Positions 48,643-57,957 of a stretch of DNA of 64,000 nt are shown here, in pieces. A program made the position numbers and the translations under genes. This DNA comes from a bacterium (GTDB lineage Bacteria > Verrucomicrobiota > Kiritimatiellia > CAIKKV01 > CAITUY01). How positions within the stretch are numbered: the stretch's first letter is position 1; each line of letters starts with the position of its first letter. Location of the stretch: positions 17,714 through 81,713 of the forward strand of contig JBAXWB010000011.1 of assembly GCA_037128595.1 (NCBI GenBank), written 5' to 3'. Below the pieces are notes generated by a model. The model was not told the origin of the DNA, did no database searches, and saw only the letters and a list, made by a program, of their open reading frames with translations.

Positions 48643-49722
48643 TCAGCGTTTAACGCGCGCGTTACCCTGCCAGATACTCCAGATCTGTTCTTCATCCGCC
48701 GGTTGCCCGTAGTCCGTCAGAACCGTCGTGGCAAAGGCCCCGCTAGCCCAGCCGAACTCGATCCACTTCTGCGGCGCCCACCCCTTGAGGATGGCATACA
48801 GCATTCCGCCCACAAAGCCATCACCGCCGCCAATCCGGTCCAATACCCCGATTTCACGCGGCTCGACGACATGCCAGTCATCCCCGGCCAGCATGACGGC
48901 CCCCCACAGATGCTGCTGGGCACTGATGACCTCACGCAACGTCGTGGCAAAAACGGAGGCATTCGGGTAGGCCACTCTGACGCGTTCGATCATCCCCTTA
49001 AATCCCGCCATCTTGGCGGCCAGCCCTTTACCCCCGGCTTCCGGGCCCTCAATCCCCAAGCAAAGCTGGAAGTCCTCTTCGTTCCCGACCAGGATATCGG
49101 AAACACTGGCGATTTCGCTGAAGATCCCGCGGAGTTCCTTCTCCCGGTTCTTCCAGAACGAGGCGCGGTAGTTCAAGTCAAAGGAGATGCGGGTGCCATG
49201 CTTTTTCGCGGCACGGGCCAGCGCCAGACAGAAGGCACCGGTTTCCGGCGACAAGGCTCCGACCAATCCGGACAAATGCACGATCTGCACCCCCTCTTTA
49301 CCGAAGATCCGGTCCAGATCGAAATCTTTCACATTCAGCGTGCGACCGACTTCACCCGCGCGATCATTGTACACGCGCGGTCCACGGGACCCGTACCCGC
49401 TATCGGCGATGTTGATCTGGTGCCGGTAGCCCCAGGGTCCGTCCTGCACCACTTCTTTGCCTTCGTAAAGCATATGCCGGCTGGCCAGGTTGTCCTTGAT
49501 GATCTGGGCCATCGGGCTGTCCTTGACAAAGGTCGTCAGGATTTTGACCGGAAGCCCGAGATAGGAGGCCACGCTGGCCACATTGGTCTCGGCACTGGTG
49601 GCCTGAAGGGTGAAGGTGTTACTGCAATGCACCGGCTGGCCGTTGATCGGGGTCAGGCGGAGCCCCATGCTGGTGGGGACAAGAAGTGAATACTTGAACT
49701 CTTTTTTCAACTCGATCTTCAT
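48643..49722 (-). CDS. PfkB-family sugar kinase (2-dehydro-3-deoxygluconokinase-like)
   Basis: Ribokinase-like fold with a C-terminal GGGDGFVGGMLYA anion-hole/GAGD-type motif. Confidence 0.75.
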   Translation of the reverse strand: MKIELKKEFKYSLLVPTSMGLRLTPINGQPVHCSNTFTLQATSAETNVASVASYLGLPVKILTTFVKDSPMAQIIKDNLASRHMLYEGKEVVQDGPWGYRHQINIADSGYGSRGPRVYNDRAGEVGRTLNVKDFDLDRIFGKEGVQIVHLSGLVGALSPETGAFCLALARAAKKHGTRISFDLNYRASFWKNREKELRGIFSEIASVSDILVGNEEDFQLCLGIEGPEAGGKGLAAKMAGFKGMIERVRVAYPNASVFATTLREVISAQQHLWGAVMLAGDDWHVVEPREIGVLDRIGGGDGFVGGMLYAILKGWAPQKWIEFGWASGAFATTVLTDYGQPADEEQIWSIWQGNARVKR

Positions 49723-49741
49723 GATGGGAACCTTTCTCTAA

Positions 49742-51001
49742 TTACTTCGTTACCGGGAAAACAAGTTTAATATGCCGTCCGTAAAAGTTGGCTTCCACAT
49801 TGCGTGCCACACTGCCCCGGTGCGTCTCCAACGCATTCAGGAACCGGTCGCCCATTTCCGCCGCCACCTTATAACCGACATGCAACAGCTGCCTGAGATT
49901 GGGGTTATAGCCGGGCACCATCTTGTTGTGACGCAACGCCGCCACAAACGCGGCACTGTTCCATTGCGCCACCTGTTCAGCCGAAGGCAGTGCCTTACGG
50001 TCAATATCAATCACTTCGGCATAAGGCCCGCACAGTTCATCAAACCGGCCGAGCGCCGCCGTGTAGACCTCCTTGGCAATCACCAGCCCATCGCCGCCCG
50101 CCTCCGCCAGCCCGATCACTTCCTCAAGCCAGGTCGTACCGGCCGTCTTCAGGTGCAGTCCGGCGCCGGTTTTCTGCAAGATTTCCCGGATCGGGCCATA
50201 AATCTCGAATTTATCACTTCCCGAATGGACACTCAGCTTCAGGTTGGCCGGCAGGTTGAACCGCTGACAGGCGAGCCGGATCACGGCCACATCCGCCTCA
50301 AACTCACGGGCGAACTGCGTCACGTCCCCGACATAGTCCACCCCCTTGTTAAAACGACCGGAGAAACGCGGCGCGATCGTCTGGGCCGGAATCCCCTCAT
50401 CCGCGATGGCCGCGAGAATCAGAAGCAACTCGGGCGGCGTCTGCGGCGTCATGGTTTCATCCATGGACACTTCCGTCACAAATTTGCCAGCCCCTTTCTG
50501 CGCCTCGATTTTACGGTAAATCCGGCCGGCCTCCTGGATGGCAAACAGATATTTCCCGGCCACCCGTTCGAGCAGGTCACGGGTAATGACCAGCGGCTCG
50601 GCGAGCCCTTCGACCGGCAACTCCCCGCACCAGCTGCTGTATTTTTCCACGAACGCCTTGACTGCGGCGGGCTCGGCGGCCGTCCCGATCGCGCTGGCGA
50701 CGTCAAGGGTGAAAAAATCGCTGGAGGAGATAAACCCGTCCACCGTTTTAAAGTTGATGTGGTCGGCATCGACAAAGTAAGGGAAAGACCAGCCCATGGC
50801 CGCCACGGCCGCATCGGCCGCCTTGCGCACACTCGGAGGCTCGGTATGGATGATGGAGTGTTCGCGGAATGACTTGTTCCAGACCGGCGAGACTTCAATC
50901 CCCTCTTCCCGGGCGCGGAGTAAGGCCGTCAACTGGGCATTCCCCTCCCGCGCGAAACGATCGCCCACACCCATGGTAAATTTCGGTAGTTTCATCTGCA
51001 T
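49742..51001 (-). CDS. putative sugar-acid epimerase/isomerase, TIM-barrel (possibly UxaE tagaturonate/fructuronate epimerase family)
   Basis: 419 aa, DADHI metal-ligand-like motif, and hexuronate/gluconate-type neighbours. The family call is tentative. Confidence 0.35.
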   Translation of the reverse strand: MQMKLPKFTMGVGDRFAREGNAQLTALLRAREEGIEVSPVWNKSFREHSIIHTEPPSVRKAADAAVAAMGWSFPYFVDADHINFKTVDGFISSSDFFTLDVASAIGTAAEPAAVKAFVEKYSSWCGELPVEGLAEPLVITRDLLERVAGKYLFAIQEAGRIYRKIEAQKGAGKFVTEVSMDETMTPQTPPELLLILAAIADEGIPAQTIAPRFSGRFNKGVDYVGDVTQFAREFEADVAVIRLACQRFNLPANLKLSVHSGSDKFEIYGPIREILQKTGAGLHLKTAGTTWLEEVIGLAEAGGDGLVIAKEVYTAALGRFDELCGPYAEVIDIDRKALPSAEQVAQWNSAAFVAALRHNKMVPGYNPNLRQLLHVGYKVAAEMGDRFLNALETHRGSVARNVEANFYGRHIKLVFPVTK

Positions 51002-51089
51002 TGCGCTCTCCCTTTTAATCGCATCTGTTAGAAATTAAAAACTGTTTCTGAATATTTTTTGCGCCCTTCGCCGTCTTTCGCACAAAATC

Positions 51090-52019
51090 CTATCTCCCGA
51101 GAAACCGAAGCGGGTTGTCCCGCCCAAGCCGGAGCATGTTTGCCTCAGACAAATCGCTCCATGATCGTAACCAGGCGATACAGTCCGCCATAGTGGCAGA
51201 GGAGCCGGCCAGGGAAGACCCATTTGCCAAAGCGATCCGGCCTGATGGTTCACTGACAAGCTCAGTCCCCATCCAGTTATAGCGGCCGGGCGGAAGTCCC
51301 GCAATCGGCGCCGCATCGCTGGTCACAATGCACCGGTCAAGCCCTTTGGCGCGCAACGCCACGGACACAAACTCCTTGGGCAAGTGGTGGCCATCCGTGA
51401 TCAACAGTGCGGATAACCGGTCCTCGGCCAACTGGCACCAGATCGGGTTCGGATGCCGGGGCAACGTGTTCGGGATACCGTTCCCCAGATGGGTACAACC
51501 GCGGGCGCCCGCCCGGACCGCCCGGTCAATACTCGCCCCATCTGCAACATGATGTCCAAGCAGAACCACCACGCCACGGGTCACCGCGTGCCTGATCAGC
51601 GTTTCGGCCCCTTCAATTTCCGGGGCCACCGTCAGTAAGGCAATGTGCCCCTTTGCCAGCGTCAGCCAATGGTCCAGCAGCTGCACATCGGGCTTCTTCA
51701 GCAGTGCCGCCTGATGGGCACCCCGGCCGTCGAGCGATAAAAAAGGCCCTTCCAGATGAACCCCGAGCAGGTGGGGCTGGAGATCCGGCTCCTCCATCGC
51801 AGCGGCCAGAACGGGCAGATTTTCCTCATACCGCGCCAGCTCGGCGGTCACGATCGTAGGGCAATACGCGGCCGTCCCACGCTTCACCAGATCCACGGTC
51901 GCCCGGCGAACATCCGCCACCGTCAGGCCGGGGGAGGAAAAATCCACCCCGACATGACCGTTAACCTGGAGGTCAACCCAGCCATCCGGCACCACACGGT
52001 TCATCGGCAGGTTGCTCAT
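51090..52019 (-). CDS. amidohydrolase, N-acetylglucosamine-6-phosphate deacetylase (NagA)-like but short (309 aa, lacks the N-terminal beta-sandwich)
   Basis: VDLQVNGHVGVDF matches the NagA HxH/GxDF region. 4-nt overlap with the upstream aminotransferase. Confidence 0.55.
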   Translation of the reverse strand: MSNLPMNRVVPDGWVDLQVNGHVGVDFSSPGLTVADVRRATVDLVKRGTAAYCPTIVTAELARYEENLPVLAAAMEEPDLQPHLLGVHLEGPFLSLDGRGAHQAALLKKPDVQLLDHWLTLAKGHIALLTVAPEIEGAETLIRHAVTRGVVVLLGHHVADGASIDRAVRAGARGCTHLGNGIPNTLPRHPNPIWCQLAEDRLSALLITDGHHLPKEFVSVALRAKGLDRCIVTSDAAPIAGLPPGRYNWMGTELVSEPSGRIALANGSSLAGSSATMADCIAWLRSWSDLSEANMLRLGRDNPLRFLGR

Positions 52020-53392
52020 GAGTGACTTTTCATCACCTCGTCAACCGCCGCTTCAAACACCACCAGGGACTCACGCAAGGCCTCTTCATCAATGCTGAGC
52101 GGAGGCGCAATCTTGATGCACTCCCCTGCAATTCCCACCGGGGCGAACATCATCAGCCCGCGGTACAGACAGGCGAGGTTGATCTTCAGTGCCAGAGCCG
52201 GATCCGGCGTCCGGGTTCCCGCCTTGACCGCCTGGATACCGGCGACCATGCCCTTGCCCTGACAGCAGCCCAACACGGACGGATAGCGCCCCTGGATGCG
52301 GCGCAGTTCGGCCACAAACCAGGTGCCCAACCGCTCCGCACGCTCCACCAGTTTCTCGTCCTTGAGCACCTTCAGGTTGGCAATGGCCGCAGCGACGGCC
52401 AGCGGCGACGCGGAATGGGTGGAGGTCATGGAGCCCGGAGGATAGAGGGACATGATGTCCTTGCGCCCGATCACCGCCGAGATCGCCAGCGAAGAGGAGA
52501 TGCCCTTACCGCAGGCAATCAGGTCGGGGGTGATCCCGTAATGCTGGAAGCAGAATAGTTTGCCCGTCCGGCCAAACCCGGCCTGAACCTCATCCATCGT
52601 GAGGACGATATCGTGTTCGCGACAGAAGGCGGCCATTTTCTGGGCATACTCCACCGGCAGGAAATCAGGGCCAATCCCCTGATAACTCTCCACCATCACG
52701 CCGGCGATCTCTTTCGGGGTGACGCCCTTCTCTTTCAACGTCTTCAGGAACAGGTCAAAGGAGACATCCTGGTTCTTATACCCATCCGGGAAAGGCACCT
52801 GCACAAACGACGCATCCGGCTCGCCCATCCAGATTTTCAACTTCGCCATGCCGCCCGCCAACTGGGCGCCCATCGTGCGGCCATGGAAGGCATTGTTGAA
52901 GGTAACCATGTACTTCTTGCCCGGCCCGTGCTTCTCGAGGGCATAGGTCTTGGACAGCTTGATGCAGTTTTCCGTGGCTTCGCTACCCGTGCTGAGCAGG
53001 AAGGCCAGGTAATTATCCGGATCCGGGGCCAGATCGCTCAGCATCTTGACCAGGGTGGCCCGCCCTTCATGAGGAAACACGTAGGTGGCCAGCAGGGGGC
53101 GGTCCAGCACTTCACGGATGGCCTTACAGATCGCGGGATGCCCATGCCCCGCGTTGGTGATCAAGACCCCTGACGACCAGTCAATCCACCGGTTCCCCCA
53201 GCGGTCCGAGATGGTGGCGCCTTCGGCCTTGTGCCAGACAATCGGCGGTTGACCGGCCATCGATCGCGGCTCGGAGATGCGCAACGCCTCGAAGACCGGT
53301 AACGATTCCGGCACCGGAATCGCCGTGCAAATCGTGCGGAACTTTGTGTTTACATGCGGAACAACAACTGGAGTCAGACTATATTCAGCCAT
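52016..53392 (-). CDS. class-III (PLP fold type I) aminotransferase
   Basis: GSEATENCIKL and DEVQAGFGRTGKLF (PLP-Lys) motifs. Confidence 0.8.
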   Translation of the reverse strand: MAEYSLTPVVVPHVNTKFRTICTAIPVPESLPVFEALRISEPRSMAGQPPIVWHKAEGATISDRWGNRWIDWSSGVLITNAGHGHPAICKAIREVLDRPLLATYVFPHEGRATLVKMLSDLAPDPDNYLAFLLSTGSEATENCIKLSKTYALEKHGPGKKYMVTFNNAFHGRTMGAQLAGGMAKLKIWMGEPDASFVQVPFPDGYKNQDVSFDLFLKTLKEKGVTPKEIAGVMVESYQGIGPDFLPVEYAQKMAAFCREHDIVLTMDEVQAGFGRTGKLFCFQHYGITPDLIACGKGISSSLAISAVIGRKDIMSLYPPGSMTSTHSASPLAVAAAIANLKVLKDEKLVERAERLGTWFVAELRRIQGRYPSVLGCCQGKGMVAGIQAVKAGTRTPDPALALKINLACLYRGLMMFAPVGIAGECIKIAPPLSIDEEALRESLVVFEAAVDEVMKSHS

Positions 53393-53394
53393 AA

Positions 53395-54666
53395 TTACTT
53401 CCTTCTTGCTTCAACGTGCGGTTGATCACCATAGACAATATTTACCCATTCCCCATCGGCCACAATCGATAGACGTGCCGCCTCAACGACCAGTTCATTG
53501 ATGTAACTGTTGGCCGGAGTGGCGAGCAACCCGGCCGCATCGACCTCACGAATGAGCTCGCGGCGTTTCGGCAAGGCGGTTTTTTCAGGGAGACTCACGG
53601 TCTCATTTTCAATCCGGCTCATGGTCTCGATGCTGGCGGCCACCGACGCATATCCGTAACCGACCGGCTTGTATCCCGCCCCTTCCCAGGGCACCAGCCG
53701 ATAGAAGTCCGGGCTGACATAGTTGTAGCGTGTCCCTGCGCATCCGATCTCCTCAAGGTAATTGTGGCGCACCCCGCGATCCTGGTCATTATGCTGGATC
53801 ATGCCCGTCCGGTCTTTCCCTTCGCAGTACATCAGCAGCCCCTGATCATTGCTGCCCGCGGCGGAATCCGGATAACCCAGCCCGTCACTCACCGTCAGGA
53901 GGGCCCCATTCTCATACCGGATCCGGCCATTGGCCCAGAGATAGCCCTCTTTCCCGTTGGGGAACAGGCCCTTGACACCCGAGACGGACACCGAGACCGG
54001 CTTGAGCCCGGTGATGAAATAGACCAGGTCAACATAGTGGCAGCCCACATAAACAAAGGGATCGGTCTTGTCGCAGGTGAACCAGTTCTGGAAATTGGAA
54101 TGCCGGTAATAGTAGGGCTCATACAATTTGGCATCGCCCATTTTGAACTCGCCGAACTGCCCCAACGCATACTGGCGCTTGGCCATCAGCGAGCGGACAT
54201 CGAACCGCTTGTGATACTCAACGCCTACAAACAATCCCCGCTCCAGGGCCAGCTTCTCAATCTCCACCGCCTGAATATAGGACAGGACCAGCGGCTTGAC
54301 GCAGAGCACATGCTGACCTTTCAGGATGGCCGCCTTCACAATCTCATAATGGAACTGGTCCGGCACCGCCACAATGACGGCCTGGCGGGGCGCCAGCGCG
54401 GCCAACCGCTCATTAAAGAGCGCAGGGAACATCCGGTCCGGCGGCTCGGTCAGGGGTGGATACGCCTCAAAATCCTGACCCGGAAACGCCTCCTTGAGTT
54501 CGCGACTGTCTTTGAGCGCCTTCAGCGGAGCGCTGTTCAACGCACAAACCTCGATCCGTCCAACGACCCCCACCCGTTGCAGATGGTACACCGAAGGGAG
54601 GATCAGATCATTGGTGATCATGCCCCCGCCCACAATCATGACATCCAACTTCACGCGCTCACTCAT
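53395..54666 (-). CDS. Gfo/Idh/MocA family NAD(P)-dependent oxidoreductase
   Basis: MIVGGGMITNDLILPS Rossmann N-terminus and a GFIM-type C-terminal domain. Confidence 0.8.
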   Translation of the reverse strand: MSERVKLDVMIVGGGMITNDLILPSVYHLQRVGVVGRIEVCALNSAPLKALKDSRELKEAFPGQDFEAYPPLTEPPDRMFPALFNERLAALAPRQAVIVAVPDQFHYEIVKAAILKGQHVLCVKPLVLSYIQAVEIEKLALERGLFVGVEYHKRFDVRSLMAKRQYALGQFGEFKMGDAKLYEPYYYRHSNFQNWFTCDKTDPFVYVGCHYVDLVYFITGLKPVSVSVSGVKGLFPNGKEGYLWANGRIRYENGALLTVSDGLGYPDSAAGSNDQGLLMYCEGKDRTGMIQHNDQDRGVRHNYLEEIGCAGTRYNYVSPDFYRLVPWEGAGYKPVGYGYASVAASIETMSRIENETVSLPEKTALPKRRELIREVDAAGLLATPANSYINELVVEAARLSIVADGEWVNIVYGDQPHVEARRK

Positions 54667-54766
54667 TCATTAACTCCTTTTTTCAAACTGATGGCCGCAC
54701 TACATCAAATCGCCGCCAACACGTCAACCTCATTCGTATGAGATATGCAAAAGGATTAAATCAACC

Positions 54767-55645
54767 TCATCCAGCCGAGGTGATGACCACCCGCCAGTCA
54801 CAGGCAAACGAGGTCCCTGGCTCCAGCATGATCAGGCCGGGTTTATTCATCAGTTCGCCATCGTGGCTGGCCGGATCGGCATGGCCATACCAGGGCTCAA
54901 TGCACACAAACGGGGCGCCGGGCTTGGCCCAGATGCCCAGATCGGGATAACCGGAAAATTCAACCGTCACCCGGCGCGGGTGCCGGCGCGAGCACAAGCT
55001 GACCTTCCGGGATTTGATTTTCAGAAAAATCAAGGCATCGCGGTCAAACAGGTCGCGCCGGAGCGGCAGCACGCTCTTATTCGACAACACCCGCTCCGTT
55101 TTACCGGATAGCAGGCCATTGGCATCGAGCAAATGGGTATCCAGCCGTTCCGCCTTTTCAAACTTCAAGGCGTAGTCCTCCACCTTGTCCCCGGCCCCCC
55201 AGGTCAACGCAAACCCCGGATGCTCGCCAATGGAAAACGGCATGACGGTGGTCCCGGTATTGGTCACCTCCGTGGTGACCTCCACCGTGCCCCCCGACAG
55301 GCGATAGTGGCGGACGAGCGAGAAATCGAAGGGATACTGCTTCCGGGTGGCAGGCGATGCCTGGAGCCGGTACGACAGGGAACTATCCGAGGCGTCCAAC
55401 AACTCGAAGTCCGTATCCCGGGCAAAGCCGTGCGGGGCCATCTCGTAGTCACGCCCCTCGAAACGATAACGCCCGCCGGCGAGTTTGCCGACAATGGGGA
55501 ACAGCAGCGGGGCATGCCGGGGCCAGATGGCCGGATCCGCCTGCCACAGGTATTCCGTGCCATCCGCCGCTTTCAACCCGCACAACTCCGCGCCATGACG
55601 TTTGACCGTCACCGACAACAGTGAATTTTTAATCGTATTCTGCAT
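54767..55645 (-). CDS. aldose 1-epimerase (galactose mutarotase-like) family protein
   Basis: YLWQADP...PLLFPIVG...HGFAR...EPW motifs of the mutarotase superfamily. Confidence 0.75.
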   Translation of the reverse strand: MQNTIKNSLLSVTVKRHGAELCGLKAADGTEYLWQADPAIWPRHAPLLFPIVGKLAGGRYRFEGRDYEMAPHGFARDTDFELLDASDSSLSYRLQASPATRKQYPFDFSLVRHYRLSGGTVEVTTEVTNTGTTVMPFSIGEHPGFALTWGAGDKVEDYALKFEKAERLDTHLLDANGLLSGKTERVLSNKSVLPLRRDLFDRDALIFLKIKSRKVSLCSRRHPRRVTVEFSGYPDLGIWAKPGAPFVCIEPWYGHADPASHDGELMNKPGLIMLEPGTSFACDWRVVITSAG

Positions 55646-55791
55646 ATTTCACTCCTCAGCTCCGTTTTGAAACCAAAGGGGTTAATTGACTCTATTTTGA
55701 AACCAACGTCGAGCCAGAACCTAGGACAGGCGAATCCAAATACTGTAAAAGTGGAATTTCGCTTATTCGCACTGACGGGAAAAGAAGGAAC

Positions 55792-56101
55792 TTTACCACG
55801 GAGGAGCGGAGATTTAGAGAGAGAGCAGGAAATGCAAATGTGGCGTTTATTTCGCCCCCATGAGTACATGTGGCCGAAATAAACGCCACGGTTTCCTTGA
55901 GGAATACAGGAGTGCCTTTCGATACCTCAAATAACTCACTGCAGGTAAACTCGCGGCACAGCACGTCATCTTTAGCTCCACTCACTTGGTATTACTCCAG
56001 AAAAACCGGTGCGGGATTTGTAATTCGGGTACTCCGGAATTACAAATCCCGCACCATTATATTTGTATTCTCTCCCTAAATCTCCGCTCCTCCGTGGTAA
56101 A
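55792..56101. mobile_element. MITE-like non-coding element, roughly 310 bp, bounded by 32-bp terminal inverted repeats (TTTACCACGGAGGAGCGGAGATTTAG[A/G]GAGAGA, 31/32 match) and containing two long perfect internal hairpins
   Basis: Seen in sequence. Left TIR 55792-55823, right TIR 56070-56101. Hairpin A has a 15-bp stem (55840-55854 / 55875-55889). Hairpin B has a 19-bp stem (56008-56026 / 56037-56055). No ORF, and lower GC than the flanks. Confidence 0.55.
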
Positions 56102-56165
56102 CGTTCTCTTTATTTTGTGCGTTTTATTGGCCCGGTTTTGCGCTATGCTTTGCGCCCTCATGACC

Positions 56166-57086
56166 ATGAAGGCTCAAATCAAGGCGCTGGCCACGGATCT
56201 CGGATACCATGCCTGCGGAATCACCGGGATGCAGCCGTTTGATGACTATCAGACGGCGCTCACCCAGCTATCCGCCCGCTTCCCGGATGCCGCCGCCCTC
56301 TATCAGGGAATGGAGCGCCGCATCAATCCCTCCACCTTTGCGCCCTGGGCAAAATCGATTGTCGTCGCCATCCGGCGCTACGGGAAATATGATGTCCCCA
56401 ATGCCATCACCCGCCATATCGGCCGCAACTATCTCTGTGACCGCCGCATCAAGGCCTGTCCGGACACTACCCTGCCCAAACGCATGAAGCAGGGACTCAG
56501 CGCACTGGGCCATCGCGTCAAAGTCGGAGGGATTCCCTGCCGCGAAGCCGCGGTGCGGGCAGGGCTGGTTCAGATTGGCCGTAACGGGTTCGCCTATGCC
56601 GAAGGGTGCGGCTCATGGTTGAATATCGAGGCGTGGTTGATAGATGCCGAAATTGAGCCCGACGCCCCTTCCGCACTGGCGGCCCCCTGCCCGCCCGGTT
56701 GCCGGGCCTGTCTGGACGCCTGCCGGACCTGCGCCCTGAGTGAACCCTATGTGGTGGACATGAAGCGCTGCATCGCTTACCTGACCTATGAGGAAGACCA
56801 GCCGATCCCCGATGAATTGTGGAATAAAATGGGGCCCTGGGTCTATGGCTGTGATGACTGCCAGAATGCCTGCCCGATGAACCGGGGGAAATGGGAGCGC
56901 CTTGAGCCGGCCTCCTGGATTGAGTCCGTCGCCAACCAGCTGACGCCGGAATCGCTCGCCAGCATGGATGCGGAGACCTACCAGAAGCTCGTCTATCCGC
57001 TCTTCTGGTACATTTCCGAAACTGACCTGGAACGATGGCACCGCAATGCCCGCCGGGCGTTACAGGCCGTTCGCGCGCCGGGCTGA
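56166..57086 (+). CDS. queG: epoxyqueuosine reductase QueG-like (4Fe-4S, DUF1730-type)
   Basis: CPPGCRACLDACRTCAL and CDDCQNACPMN ferredoxin-type clusters. N-terminal domain with IKALATDLGYHACGIT. Start uncertain (ATG 56145, 56160 or 56166) and no clear SD. Confidence 0.6.
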   Translation: MKAQIKALATDLGYHACGITGMQPFDDYQTALTQLSARFPDAAALYQGMERRINPSTFAPWAKSIVVAIRRYGKYDVPNAITRHIGRNYLCDRRIKACPDTTLPKRMKQGLSALGHRVKVGGIPCREAAVRAGLVQIGRNGFAYAEGCGSWLNIEAWLIDAEIEPDAPSALAAPCPPGCRACLDACRTCALSEPYVVDMKRCIAYLTYEEDQPIPDELWNKMGPWVYGCDDCQNACPMNRGKWERLEPASWIESVANQLTPESLASMDAETYQKLVYPLFWYISETDLERWHRNARRALQAVRAPG

Positions 57087-57944
57087 TTCGACGGTGTTAT
57101 AGAGCAGCATGGTAATCGTCATGGGCCCCACCCCGCCGGGCACCGGCGTGATCATGCTCGCCTTGGCCATGCAGCCTTCAAAGTCGGCATCGCCAACCAA
57201 CCGGAAGCCCGCCTTCTTGGTGGCGTCTTCAATGCGGTTCACCCCGACATCAATCACCACGGCGCCCTCACGGATCATATCCGCAGTCACCGTATTCGGA
57301 CGCCCCGCCGCCGCAATGACGATATCCGCCTGCCGCGTATAGTGCGCGATGTTCCTGGTCTTGGTATGACAGACCGTCACCGTCGCATTGCCCAACGGCC
57401 CCTTGGCCATCAGCATATTGGCCAACGGCTTGCCAACGATATTGCTGCGCCCGACAATGACCGCATGCGCGCCCTCGACCTTTACGCCGCTCCGGAGCAG
57501 CATCTGTAACACCCCATGCGGGGTGCAGGGCAAAAAGGCTTTTTCGCCCACGACCATCCGCCCGACATTGGTGGGGTGGAACCCGTCCACATCCTTATCC
57601 GGATCGATGGTGACCAGGACTTCACTCTCATTTAACTGCTTGGGCAGCGGCAACTGCACCAGGATGCCATTGATTTTCGGGTCGGCATTCATCTTCCGGA
57701 TCAAGGCCAGCAGTTCGGCCTGGGTGGCATCAGCCGGGAGCCGATTGTCATCCGAGAAGATCCCGATCTCATGGCAGGCTTTTTCCTTGGCTGTCACATA
57801 GGACCGCGAGGCAGGATCATCGCCGACCAGAATCACGCCCAACCCGGGCACAATCCCTTTTTCCTTCAGCTGCCTGATCTCAACCGCCAGTTCTTCACGA
57901 ATCTGCCGGGCAATCTCTTTTCCATCGATAATTTTTGCGGTCAT
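57060..57944 (-). CDS. folD: bifunctional methylenetetrahydrofolate dehydrogenase / methenyl-THF cyclohydrolase
   Basis: MTAKIIDGKEIARQIREEL and VGDDPASRSYV with a GRSNIVGKP NAD(P) motif. Its 3' end overlaps queG convergently by 27 nt. Confidence 0.93.
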   Translation of the reverse strand: MTAKIIDGKEIARQIREELAVEIRQLKEKGIVPGLGVILVGDDPASRSYVTAKEKACHEIGIFSDDNRLPADATQAELLALIRKMNADPKINGILVQLPLPKQLNESEVLVTIDPDKDVDGFHPTNVGRMVVGEKAFLPCTPHGVLQMLLRSGVKVEGAHAVIVGRSNIVGKPLANMLMAKGPLGNATVTVCHTKTRNIAHYTRQADIVIAAAGRPNTVTADMIREGAVVIDVGVNRIEDATKKAGFRLVGDADFEGCMAKASMITPVPGGVGPMTITMLLYNTVESARRANGL

Positions 57945-57957
57945 GGTTTCCTTGGAC

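Noticed and set aside
55609-56079. Short ORFs inside the MITE-like element (86 aa, 71 aa, 97 aa, 69 aa frames)
   Set aside because: They overlap each other in different frames, have no SDs, and their translations are low-complexity. The region is better explained as a non-coding inverted-repeat element.
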